Positions 50,994 to 62,890 of a stretch of 64,000 nt of DNA are shown here, piece by piece (the stretch's first letter is position 1; each line of letters opens with the position of its first letter). Position numbers and translations under genes: made by a program. The DNA is from Octopus sinensis. Taxonomy: Eukaryota. The notes under the pieces were generated by a model. That model was not told the DNA's origin, did not search any database, and was given only the letters and a program-made list of their open reading frames with translations. The stretch is from NCBI RefSeq assembly GCF_006345805.1, contig NC_043000.1, forward strand, positions 11,594,001 to 11,658,000. The letters are read 5' to 3'.

Positions 50994-52061
50994 TATATGT
51001 ATGTGTGTGCATATATGTGCTTTCATGTGTATGTATATATGGGGAGGGGTGAAAGCGAGGAGGCAGTGTTACCTACAAGGTAAGCTGAATAATTAGCCCA
51101 AGCCTACCACACCAGAACATAGACAAAATCTTTTAATGTAACCAAAAACACAGATTTCAAACCACATTAAAAAAGAAATCCAACAAAAAAATTATTAAAA
51201 AAATATTTTTGTTATTTCACCTTAACCATAACCTCAACTTTAGTATCCATGTCTGTCAACAGAGAAATGCCTGACAATGTATTGACAGTATCAGGTAATT
51301 CAATCATCGCCTGCTGAACTAGTGAACTAGTTGTACACTATTTATAGTGAATTACAACTACCAGATGCGTTCACCTAACAACCAAAACTAGGTGAATCGG
51401 TTGCACTTTGTAGGACTAACCTAAGGTGTTGAAAAGCCTTGTAGCAGTACTGTGCATGCTAAGTCTAAATCCATACATCAGTTACACAAATATGAACTAA
51501 AGGCAGTTTATAGGTGCAGGAGTGGCTGTGTGATAAGTAGCTTGCTTATCAGCCGCATGGTTCTGGGTTCAGTCCCACTGTGTGGCACCTTGGGCAAGTG
51601 TCTTCTACTATAGCCTCAGGCCAACCAAAGCCTTGTGAGTGGATTTGGTAGACAGAAACTGAAAAAGAAGCCTGTCGTGTGTGTGTGTGTGTGTATATAT
51701 ATATATGACAAGCTTGTCTTCTCAGATATAAGTTAGTTTACATCATCCAATGTCCTTTCTTTATTACATAGTGTGATTTGACTGCTATCACTAGCAAGCC
51801 AAGTGACCATGCAGAGGCTCTCTAATTATAGTGCAATGTGGGAATGATGGTAGTGGGCACACAACAGTCATTACATGACAGTGGAGTTGAATATATTTGA
51901 GTTCCAAATCATAGAGCTTTCACAACGTCCCTATGAAAACTTGCCAAACCCAGATGTAGTTTGTCATTATTTCGCTTCAGCTGAAAATAAATAATTAAGA
52001 CAATCCTTCAAGATCTGTATAAAAACTGGTTCACAATAAAGACATTGTAGAGTATACTTAC

Positions 52062-52231
52062 ATGAAGTACTTCTCTGAGAGTTAATTTGGACGGTAATAT
52101 ATCCTGTTGTAGTACATAACTCATCCGACGGCTCAATGCTTTGTTCAGTTTCTGGCCATTTACTGTTATGGATCCTTGTTTGATGTGTTGTCGACCAGAG
52201 ATCACATTCAGAAGAGTAGTTTTGCCAGATC
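52062..52231 (-). CDS. ABCG exon 2 (SGKTTLLNVISG...YVLQQD...LREVLH)
   Basis: Completes Walker A, contains Q-loop. TTTAACAG| acceptor, CAT|GTAAGT donor. Confidence 0.97.
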
Positions 52232-52336
52232 CTGTTAAACAGATATTATAAAAACACACAAAAACTAAGAGAGAAATTCCACTTAATTGCATATATTATT
52301 TGGAAGTAATGTATTTTTGCTGAAATAATTGTTTTT

Positions 52337-52759
52337 ACGGCTCTTTTCAGTTTGAACGGCAGTTTTTAACATAATTTCTAGGTAACTAAAAAATTTTAAA
52401 CTTCGTATACTGATAGAATGTGTTTATAAAACATCTTTTTCACTTGGCTTTATTGAGAAAATTCTATAGTTTGTAAGATATTTGTTGTTTTTTTTTCTTT
52501 AATTTCTGCAATTTCAATCAATCAATGACATGTATTGAGGTTATAAACATTCTGTGCCGTATGAATATGTCCCTCGTTTAAGAAACAGATTGGGTTTATT
52601 TACATTTGTGAAGAAAAAAAAGATACCTTTCCCCCCACCCCTAACCCTAACCCTAAAACAGATTGAAATGCAAAAGATCGATACTAGGGTCATAATTATG
52701 GGTGACAATTTCATATGACATTGCTAGAAAAAACTGCTGTTCAAACCGAAAAGATCCAT
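52337..52759. mobile_element. TIR MITE, second copy
   Basis: Reverse complement of 30054-30457. Contains an internal (CCCTAA)3. Confidence 0.75.
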
Positions 52760-53783
52760 TTTTACAGTTGGATAGATGTCCTTTGCTACTCTTGACCACT
52801 CAGCTGTGATGAACAGAGTGGAATATATTTATTTTATATTTTGTTGAATCAAACAAATTAATACATAAGTTAGTGTCAATATATTTAATGAGAAGAGCAC
52901 TACAAAACTAATTAGAAATAATTACACGTTGAGAAAAAGACAATATCAGTCACTAACTAATATTATTTTTCTTAATTTGACAAGTACAAGAGACAACACC
53001 CCCAGACATGTTCTGGTCTTATTACACCTCATCAGCATAGAATTTGCCATAGTTGCTGAAATTGTGATGAGAGTTGTAAACCCCTATGTAAAACCTTATG
53101 GTAATTGAGATAGAAATTAGAACACTTTAGAGAATGAGGTAAAATTTTTAAAAATGATTAAATCATTTTTATTAATTTCAAGGTCATGTTTAGAACACAT
53201 GTAAAAATAGGTCAACAACAGGCACAGACATCACTGTGTTGTAAGAAGCTTGCTTTCCAACCACATGGCTCCCGGTTCAGTCCCAATGAGTGGCACCTTG
53301 GACAAGTGTCTTCTACTATAGCCTTAGGCCAATCAAAGAATTCAGCCAACCAAAGTCTTGGGATGACCAAAGCTTTGTGAGTGCATTTGGAAGACAGAAA
53401 CTGAAAGAAGCCTGTCATATATCTGTGTGTGTGTGAGTGCATTTGTAACACATAGTTAAGATTTAGTAGATTAAAATTTAATACTAGGACTGAAGATTAA
53501 CACTAAATCACCAGTGAAAAATTAATAACTATTAAAACATAACACAATGTTAAAACTTAAAAGTAAATTAAAATGTAATACTTAACTAAACCTATTATGG
53601 AATTTTCACAATACAGTAACATTTCCTTGTAAAAAGTATCAGCAACTTGAGTTGTTAAAGGAAAAAAGAATTTAAGGTTATCAATGAAGATTTTTCCTTA
53701 CAGTTCTTTCATCTTTTGTTTTGATATTGGTAATGCTTAGTTACTTGAAATTCTTGAGTATTCCTTTATCTTAGTCAACTTAC

Positions 53784-53919
53784 CACTTGGTCCCACCACA
53801 GCCATTAGCTCACCAGATGTTATTCTGCCCCAGACATTCTGTAAAATTGCTTTCTTCTTAATTTCAACAACAATATCTTTAAAGACAAGGTTCTTCACAG
53901 GCAAATGTGTATCCTGCAT
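53784..53919 (-). CDS. ABCG coding exon 1 (MQDTHLPVKN...GELMAVVGPS-G); exon probably starts at 53947
   Basis: Typical ABCG N-terminus (ILQNVWG, GELMAVVGPSG). Donor G|GTAAGT at 53783. Acceptor TTTTTTCCAG| at 53948, frame open from it (EIPSKSETI-M). Confidence 0.93.
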
Positions 53920-53975
53920 TATGGTTTCAGATTTTGACGGAATTTCACTGGAAAAAATTACAGAAAAATGAGCAA

Positions 53976-54056
53976 GTGATTACAAAAAAATGAAGGTGAT
54001 TACAAAAAAATGAAGGTGATTACAAAAAAAAATGAAGGTGATTACAAAAAAATGAA
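53976..54056. repeat. 20-bp tandem repeat x4 (GTGATTACAAAAAAATGAAG)
   Basis: Directly visible; lies about 28 bp from the exon 1 acceptor. Confidence 0.95.
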
Positions 54057-54079
54057 CAGGTAATCAGTTCTAAGCAACC

Positions 54080-56030
54080 AACTTGTTTCATCCCCCAATC
54101 ACATACCAGACTGTTTACACAAATACCTTAAACACTCTTGATCTCTTTCACACTTCTAGGCCTAACTTCTATTTAACCATAAGCCTCTCTGCACCTATTG
54201 GATCATCCAGTTACTGCCTCACAACTGCTTCACACAGTACCATTTGCCACTCATCATTCCCATTCTTTCAGACTCTATGGCACTTCAAGTCATCTGACAG
54301 GTCAGAGTTCTGCTAGTTTTATGCCACTTATCCATAGCAGCAAATGTGTTTCATTCCTGATTCTTCAGAAACAGCTAAATGGGTAACTAAAACCATATTT
54401 TAAGCATATTGCTTTGTATTAACCACCCAACAAAGCAAAAACCAGAAGTCCCAAGTCCCCCAACTGGTTTACTCATAGTTGCATTGTAGTTGTTCGGGCA
54501 AGAAACAAAAAAAAAACTCGAAAACAAGGCCTATAAGACCTACACAATCTCATCTACTCCCCAAAACTTGGAATTCACCAAGGAGTGTAACCCCTGTAAA
54601 ATCCCTTTCTTGAACCCTAACCCTAACTTCATGCATTGCATAACCCTCAAACCATCTCCCCTCCAAAACTACAGATTACCCTTTTGGTCACTTGCCAAAG
54701 GATTTCCACCAACTTTGTGAAATCAACTTTCTTCCTCTTCTAAATAATGATGGTTCTGTAAGCTGTGCCTCCATAGAGAAAGCCCCTCCCCACTACCTTT
54801 GCTGCCCATTTTGCATTTAACCCCACACTACAAACCCTTGGTCAATCCCCTCCAAATCATCCCCTTTCTACCTCAAAAGGCTTTTCATCCTGCTCACACA
54901 CACAGCAAGTGCAGAAATAGTTCCAGCTGCTTCAACCAAGGTTCCTGATCCTGATAATGCCCCTTCTCTTGCACTAAAACAATCCACTCTAGAACTTGCT
55001 CCTAAACTCTGTAATATTTCACTCTCTGCCGGGATATACCCTGATATTTGGAAGTGCACTCAAGCATATTCCATTTCGAAGAACAAACACTCCAACCCTG
55101 CTAACTAGGATCCCATTGCTCTCACTCCTAACATCACCAAGGTAACGGAGACAGCTACTACCAATGATGTTCTTCAACAACTTGAATCTCTCTTTCTCTT
55201 CAGTGGCCTCAGAATTACTTACACAGAGCACTGGTGACCCACCCTTGTTTGTATGTCACTCTGACATTCTGTAAGGCTCAAACAAGGTCCACAATAGAGT
55301 TTTGCTCCCACATCTGAATCAGTGCTGTTAGTATGCACACAGATATCCTGAACTACATTAAGCTGATTAGCATTCCATCGCTAATGGACACATGCCAGCC
55401 TCTGGCCTACAAGAATGCTGTTTTCTCTCTCTCTCCATCTTTTCTATCATTACTATAATGGTGGAGGCACAATGGCCCAGTGGTTAGGGCAGCGGACTCG
55501 CGGTCGTAGGATCGCGGTTTCGATTCCCAGACCGGGTGTTGTGAGTGTTTATTGAGCGAAAACACCTAAAAGCTCCACGAGGCTCCGGCAGAGGATGGTG
55601 GTGATCCCTGCTGTACTCTTTCACCACAACTTTCTCTCACTCTTTCTTCCTGTTTCTGTTGTACCTGTATTTCAAAGGGCTGGCCTTGTCACTCTCTGTG
55701 TCACGCTGAATATCCCCGAGAACTACGTTAAGGGTCCACGTGTCTGTGGAGTGCTCAGCCACTTACACGTTAATTTCACGAGCAGGCTGTTCCGTTGGTC
55801 GGATCAACCGGAACCCTCATCGTCGTAAGCGACAGAGTGCTTCCACCATTACTATAATGAGCTCTATTCCTTAGAGCTGGCTGGTCTCATACCTCCACTG
55901 ATCAGGCCTTATTCATTCACTAGTGTTTCTACTTCTCCTCACTCTTGGTACATCTAATAAAACCCTTGACCCTGCACTAACCATTATACCCAGTCCTTTC
56001 TCACAACACCATCCCTCTGGAATATTGTCC
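54080..56030 (+). mobile_element. Heavily deleted CR1/Jockey-like LINE, split by a SINE
   Basis: Degenerate ORF2 peptides: TLWHFKSSD, LAPKLCNISLSAGIYPDIWK...NPAN*DPIALTPNITKV, TIEFCSHI, QPLAYKNAVFSLSL, ELAGLIPP. Clade assignment is approximate. Confidence 0.7.
55461..55846 (+). mobile_element. Full-length tRNA-derived SINE with a 13-bp TSD
   Basis: A box TGGCCCAGTGG, B box GGTTTCGATTCC. TSD CATTACTATAATG at 55448-55460 and 55847-55859. CpG-rich. Relatives at 7961-8143 (+) and 25137-25450 (-). Confidence 0.9.
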
Positions 56031-56324
56031 TTGCTCATTTCTTTCCAGCATGAGCTGACAACAGTTTAAATAGGACATTTATAGCATCACGCTCACCAGT
56101 CTTGGAGAACCTGTAAAGATCATGGGCTCAGTCCCTTCTTTCAGATTCAACAAATAAAAAAAAAAGCTGTTGCTGTTGTTGTTGTTCGAAGTGGTGGTAG
56201 TAGTGATAGTACTGCTGTTGTTATTTAGCTCCAGGTCAAACATGACTGAGAAGACCTGTGACAAAAGGCATCCCAACCATGCCCATTCTGTCTTTTTTAG
56301 GCAAATGTAGGACTATATTTTCTT

Positions 56325-56741
56325 ATTTCTTTATTGCCCACAAGGGGCTAGACATAGAGGGGACAAACAAGGACAGACAAATGGATTAAGTCGATTACAT
56401 CGACCCCAGTGCATAACTGGTACTTAATTTATTGACCCCGAAAGGATGAAAGGCAAAGTCGACCTCGGCGGAATTTGAACTCAAAGCGTAACGGCAGAAG
56501 AAACACCTATTTCGTTACTGCCCACAAGGGGCTACACACAGAGGGGACAAACAAAGACAGACAAACGGATTAAGTCGATTACATCGACCCCAGCGCGTAA
56601 CTGGTACTTAATTTATTGACCCTGAAAGGATGAAAGGCAAAGTCGTCCTCGGCAGAATTTGAACTCAGAACATAGCGGCAGATGAAATACCACTAAGCAT
56701 TTCGCCTGGCATGCTAACGATTCTTCCAGCTCACCGCCCTA
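56325..56741 (-). mobile_element. SINE family B, head plus 2 units, 17-bp TSD
   Basis: Unit starts at 56690 and 56506. TAGGACTATATTTTCTT at 56308-56324 and 56753-56769. Confidence 0.9.
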
Positions 56742-56823
56742 AATAATCACCATAGGACTATATTTTCTTGCACTTATATGAGATAGCAGAGTGTGACTTA
56801 AGGCAAAATTTAAACAGTTATTT

Positions 56824-57500
56824 GTGGCAAGGGTGGTAGAAGTGGTGGTGGTAGTGGCAGTGGCAGTGGTAGTAGTAGCAGGGATGATGGTGGTGGTGGT
56901 GGCAGTGGTAGTAGTAGCAGGGATGATGGTGGTGGTGGCAGTGGTAGTAGTAGCAGGGATGGTGGTGGTGGTGGCAGTGGTAGTAGTAGCAGGGATGGTG
57001 GTGGTGGTGACAGTGGTAGTAGTAGCAGGGATGACGATGGTGGTGGTGGTGGCAGTGATAGTAGTAGCAGGGATGATGGTGGTGGTGGTGGTATCAGTGG
57101 TATAGAAAAGTTTTAAACATCTGATACACTTCAGTTTCGCCAATCACTGCTCTCCTTTGTGGCCAACATAAGAAAAAAGTGATACTGTCCCGGAATAAAA
57201 TGGATCTTTTGTTAGTTCTCCCCCCTTGCCGGCCATCACCACAATCACAACCACAACCACAACCATCATTGCCAGCACCAGTACCACTACCACCACTACC
57301 ACTATTACCACAATCATCACTACCACCACCACCATCCCCACAATCCCACAATCACCACCACAACCATCATTGCCAGCACCAGTACCACTACCACCACTAC
57401 CACTATTACCACAATCATCACTACCATCACCACCATCCCCACAATCACCACCATCACAACTACCACTATCATCATCATCATCATCACCAACAACACAACT
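56824..57500. repeat. Trinucleotide-derived minisatellites: (GTG/GTA) block followed by a (CAC/CAT) block
   Basis: 30-33 bp higher-order unit GCAGGGATG(ATG)GTGGTGGTGGCAGTGGTAGTAGTA. Explains the low-complexity ORFs here. Confidence 0.95.
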
Positions 57501-57565
57501 AATACCCATTACCACCAACTTAAAATAGAATGAAAACATGGAGAGTGTTCTCTTGATAGTTTTAT

Positions 57566-57806
57566 TATTGGGTTGTCCGGAAAGTTCATGCCGATTTTTA
57601 AAGGAAAACAAATGGTCAATAAATACTTCAATAAATACTTGTCATTACATTTTTAATCAACCAAATATGAACCATTTTGTTACACAATGCGTCTCCATCT
57701 TTCCTTTAACTTGAAAATACCCTCTTCCCACAATTGAGGTGCCTGGGAGGGTAAGTCGAAAGGTAAGCTACTATAAATCGGCACGAACTTTCCGGACAAC
57801 CCAATA
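57566..57806. mobile_element. Mariner MITE
   Basis: TA + TTGGGTTGTCCGGAAAGTTC(A/G)TGCCGATTT TIRs with one mismatch. Confidence 0.85.
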
Positions 57807-58025
57807 CTTAATGCTAATCATGTTAATTTTGAACTAGCCATCTTATGACCAAAAGCATTCCAGCCATGACCATTCCATTTATGTTTTGTTTTGTTTTTGC
57901 TTAGGTATGAAATTGCTGGACCAGGTGATGAAAGTTTGAGTAGGTCATAGCTCAGCTAATTAGGAAGAGAGTTAGTTAAGGTGAGATGCAGTTTGGTTTT
58001 CTGCATAATCAGGGTTGATCTAGAT

Positions 58026-58236
58026 TTAACCCTTTAGCATTTAAACTGACCATATCCAGCCATTATCTTGAAAGTGGTCAGGTCTGGCCTCTCACACTTA
58101 CCCTACAATATTATTCTTAAAATAAACAATCATGTCATTGAAATCTCAATACTACAAGGTAATGCATGACTAATTGATATGAATGGGAATAAATAAGCCT
58201 TACATTTGACAGAGAAGCTGAATGTTAAAGGATTAA
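58026..58236. mobile_element. piggyBac-type MITE, copy 4
   Basis: TTAA-CCCTTTAGC...TTAA, with a short internal deletion. Confidence 0.7.
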
Positions 58237-58396
58237 ACACAATGGTGTAGATGGGGATGGGAGCAGGATGGGCAGTCCCCATGGGTGATGCTTTTATGGG
58301 GAAAGCCCATAGGGTGTACTGAAATAAAAGTATTTTTCTTTTTTTTTAATGTCAGGACACTACACAGCTTCTAATTCAGAGAATCTAGTTAGTAAT

Positions 58397-58436
<40 letters not shown>

Positions 58437-58441
<5 letters not shown>

Positions 58442-60274
58442 TAAGGAAAATTTTTTTTAAAAATGCAGAATGCTCAAATGAAAGAAAATTTTAATAAAAT
58501 GAGAAAATGATAAAATATATAAATATATATTTATTCAACCGGTTTTCGTCATTGTATGACTTGTCAAGAATATTTATGTTTTAAGAAGTTATTTTAAAAA
58601 TTAGAAAGGGGAAAAAAGAAAATTGCATTGTTTTTTTGTAAAAGAATAATGATAAAAATGTACAAAAATTAAAAAATAAGTTCTCCGATACATTGTGAGT
58701 TCGTTGTGTTTCTTGAGTTTTATGGTTGTTTACCAAAAATTACCTTGAGGTGTTAAGATCCAAAGGGATTAAGAGCATGTGATGTGTTGTGTTGTTAAAT
58801 TCAGCATGTTGCAGGACAGGAAGTAGTAGTAATTGTGGTCCTGGTTCTTCAGTTCCTGTGTTGTGTGAAGTTTGGCATTTGTCAAGAGTTTTTTTAAAGA
58901 TTTGTGTTGCCTTTTGCATTTGAGGATTTTGTGTGTATTTATAATGTTGTGTGTATAAATACACACAAAATCCTCAAATGCAAAAGGCAACACAAATCTT
59001 TAAAAAAACTCTTGACAAATGCCAAACTTCACACACCACATCCACCCCCAACAGTAAAAAAATGTGCATGCTCAAACTGTGGTACCTGCCCCTTTCTACT
59101 TGAAGGCTCTGAATTTACCTTCAAACAAGGTACGAAGTTTAAAATCAAGACTAACTTCACCTGTTCCTCCGAGAACCTTATCTACGTTCTCACATGCGCT
59201 GGTTGCCAACATAATTATGTTGGACAAACGAGTCTCCCGTTATGTAAACGAGTAACGGTGCATAAAGAACAAATAAATCTCCGGAATACCGACAAATTCC
59301 ACTGAGTGACCACTTAGACTCATGTGCTAAAGACTTAAACCCCAAATTCTATATATTCCCCTTCTACCAATGTAAAGACGGGATCACCACACAGGAGAGA
59401 ATTAACAAGGAGAATCTCTTATTGAAAAATTCCAAACACAACTTAATATGCAAACTCCTCGTTGATCAAACTTCTTTCTCTACCTCACTCTTCATGGATG
59501 GACTAACACAAATATATAAAGATACCATGCATTCATCACTTCAAGCTAAAACTTATATTCTTTAAATATCATTTTTACTATTGTTGTTATTACTATCATT
59601 TTTATTATAAATGATATGACAATTTGAAATGCAATTGTCTATGCAGATTTATATTATTAGAAAAAATATAAATAAAGTGTTAAAATCTGAAAGTTAAGTT
59701 AACAAGCAATTATATAAAAAAGATAATGCAAATGAAGCTAAAATGATAGTTTTATAATTTGGGTTTTATTGAAGAACTCAAAAGAGTTGTCTCCCCTTAC
59801 CCACAACACAGGAACTGAAGAACCAGGACCACAATTACTACTACTTCCTGTCCTGCAACATGCTGAATTTAACAACACAACACATCACATGCTCTTAATC
59901 CCTTTGGATCTTAACACCTCAAGGTAATTTTTTGGTAAACAACCATAAAACTCAAGATACACAACGAACTCACAATGTATCGGAGAACTTATTTTTTTAA
60001 TTTTTGTACATTTTTATCATTATTCTTTTACAAAAAACAATGCAATTTTCTTTTTTTCCCCTTTCTAATTTTTAAAATAACTTCTTAAAACATAAATATT
60101 CTTGACAAGTCATACAATGACGAAAACCGGTTGAATAAATATATATTTATATATTTTATCATTTTCTCATTTTATTAAAATTTTCTTTCATTTGAGCATT
60201 CTGCATTTTTAAAAAAAATTTTCCTTACTTATCATTTCTCCACGTGCGGTCAACACAACCCCACCATTTATTGA

Positions 60275-60277
<3 letters not shown>
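58437..60277 (+). mobile_element. Penelope-like element: 5'-truncated GIY-YIG fragment plus terminal repeat, with an inverted partial copy
   Basis: ORF 58904-59305 has KRQHKSLKKLL, C..CGTC, FTCSSENLIYVLTC..C..NYVGQT..L..R..HK. It continues through two frameshifts (PLSDHLDSC...ERINKE...IEKFQTQLN). 59802-60232 is repeated inverted at 58437-58865. Both ends sit in (TA)n. Confidence 0.92.
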
Positions 60278-60314
<37 letters not shown>

Positions 60315-60457
60315 AGGTGTAGGAGTGGCTGTGTGGTAAGTATCTTGCTTACGAACCACATGGTTCTAGGTTCAGTCCCACTGCGTGGCAACTTGGGCAA
60401 GTGTCTTGTGAGTGGATTTGGTAGACAGAAACTGAAAGAAGCCTGTCAAGCCTGTCG

Positions 60458-60490
<33 letters not shown>

Positions 60491-60716
60491 ATGTGGGTGT
60501 ATATGCTTGTGTGTCTGTGTTTGTCCCCCCCAACATCGCTTGACAACCAATGCTGGTGTGTTTACATCCCCGTAACTTAGCGGTTCAGCAAAAGAGACCG
60601 ATAGAATAAGTACTAGGCTTACAAAGAATAAGTCCTGGGGTCGATTTGCTCAACTAAAGGCGGTGCTCCAGCATGGCTGCAGTCAAATGACTGAAACAAG
60701 TAAAGGAATAAAAGAG
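60315..60716 (+). mobile_element. SINE family A
   Basis: Full-length, with a small internal deletion. Confidence 0.9.
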
Positions 60717-61779
60717 ACCCTAAAATGTTCATGAACTGGAAAATTAACAATTAATAACATTTCACAAATGAAAACTAAAAGCAAAATGTCTTTTTTTTAT
60801 TTTGCTTAGTAATCAATAAACAAAAGAATAAAAATAAAAATGATGTAATAAATAAATAAATAAATAAATAAATCCTGCAAATTGTACTTTCTGAAATAGC
60901 AGAGAAGGTAAACAGACAAATAATCAAGTCATTAGCCAATCAATCACGCAAGGAAGGAAACAACATTAATAATATATTCTACATAAATGCTAAATGCATT
61001 CTGAACTTATAAATAATCTTTATAAACACTATGTATGGTTTAACATACTAAACACTTTGGTATCTACGGTATTGGTAATAGTATTCCATATTATTCTACT
61101 TAATTAAACTATAACCCAATCTTGTTTCTGACTTGTTTTAACAAGATCTGTTCACATGGCATCTGAAACATTTTACAGAATTTGTTTCAGAAAAGCAGTC
61201 AAACAGGTTTTAAGAAGGTACAATTAATGGCAGTCCTAACAATTTCCTTGATTGATTTGGTGGATTTTTTTTTTTTTTTTCTGTGTTCTTTTTCTCTCTT
61301 CGATAGGTTTCAGACATGCTCGGACTGCAGCCATGCTGGATTACTGCCTTCTGGAGTTTTATTTTATTATTTCGTTTTATTGTAATATTAGCCTCAGATT
61401 TTTTTGTGTCTGATATTTATTTTATCGATCTCATGAGGATAAAAATCAAAGTGAGCTTCAGCATAATGTAATGCAACTAAATACCACGGAGTGAAATGAG
61501 ACAATTGGGAGCAGCTGTTTGGATGCTGGCGACTTGGCATGGCAGACTGGATGTAGAATCTGCTTCAGTGACAGTGGTTTTTTGGCACTAAATGCAAACA
61601 CACACTCATGCACAAAGAAATATACACAGAAAGAAAAAGAGATGGGGAGAAAGAGAGAGCAGGAGAGAGAGAGAGAGAGATTATAATTTCTTAACTGAAC
61701 ACGGTTGACATGGGAATTCTCACACACATAAACACCATAAACACACAGAGGAGGAGGAGGAGGAGGAGAACGACAACGG

Positions 61780-61965
61780 CACAACAATGACGACGACACA
61801 ACAATGACGACGACACAACGATGACGACGACACGACGACACAACGATGACGAAGACACGACAACGATGATGACGACACAACGATGACGAAGACACGACAA
61901 TGATGACAACGACACAACGATGACTACGATGACACAACAATGATTACGATGACAATGACGACAAT
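61780..61965. repeat. (ACG/ACA/ATG) low-complexity minisatellite
   Basis: ACACAACGATGACG module repeated. Confidence 0.95.
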
Positions 61966-62157
61966 GAGAGAAGCTATAAAATGAGTGAAACATGAAAATA
62001 TCTGATGACAAATAAATCAGCATCATATCAACAATTCCAAAAAGGTGCTACCAAAATGGCTGTGACAAAATGTCTCTTATTCACCAAAGGTTGTCAAACG
62101 TGTTTGAATTCCCCCACCATCACTCCCACACACACACACACCATCACCACCACCACC

Positions 62158-62190
<33 letters not shown>

Positions 62191-62858
62191 TGCCACCACT
62201 GCTGTCATCATTGTCATCGTCATCCTTATTTAACATCGATGTCTCTATGCCAACAGGATCTGACAGGTGTGAGGACCACATAATGCTCTCGTGTCTGATT
62301 TAGCATGGTTTCTACACATAAAAAGCACTATCAGAATGTGGACGATGCCAGCGCCGCCGCCTTGACTGGCTTCCATACTGGTGGCACGTAAAAAGCACCA
62401 ACCAATCGAGGCCGCTGCCAGCCTCCCCTGGCACCTGTGCCGGTGGCATGTAAAAAGCACCTACTACACTCACGGAGTGGTTGGCATTAGGAAGGGCATC
62501 CAGCTGTAGAAACACTGCCAGATCAGACTGGAGCCTGGTGCATGGAAAACGGACGGTAAACGATGATGATGATGATGATGATGAGTTTTCTTTCTTTAAC
62601 ATTTTACAGAGTCCAACCTACCTGAGTTAATGTGTGAAAAACAAAATAAGAATTTCGAAAGAAGTTTCTATAAAACTTGATTTTAAACATACATTAAATG
62701 GCTATATGGGTCCACCAGAATAAAATAGTAATCAAAGGGTCTATAGATAAAAAAATAGTTGAGAACCCCTGATCTACAGCAATGAGGACATGTTGTAACA
62801 GGAGTACAAGGAGATAGGACATTTGAGCTTGAGATAGTACAAATGTTCTTGAATTTAC

Positions 62859-62890
62859 CTCGACATAGTTAAACTGCTGCCATTCAACAT
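62859..62890 (-). CDS. Putative upstream first coding exon of the ABCG gene (MLNGSSLTMS-S)
   Basis: Unique sequence. ATGs at 62890 and 62866 are in frame after an upstream in-frame TAG. Donor AG|GTAAAT is phase 2, matching the acceptor at 53948, which leaves 28 open nt before the ATG at 53919. The same GTAAAT donor hexamer is used by two confirmed exons. Inference only. Confidence 0.5.

Noticed and set aside
52638-52656. (CCCTAA)3 telomeric hexamers (also 54616-54630 and 30153-30162)
   Set aside because: Short and internal to a MITE or LINE remnant; not a telomere or interstitial telomeric array.
55461-55535. tRNA-like sequences at SINE heads (also 7172, 15811, 25956, 50580, 60315)
   Set aside because: A and B boxes are present, but there is no complete cloverleaf and each continues into a SINE body; these are not tRNA genes.
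60860-60960. CCAAT-like box and minus-strand acceptor-like site as a promoter or terminal exon
   Set aside because: Isolated short motifs in AT-rich DNA with no supporting ORF or phase-compatible donor.
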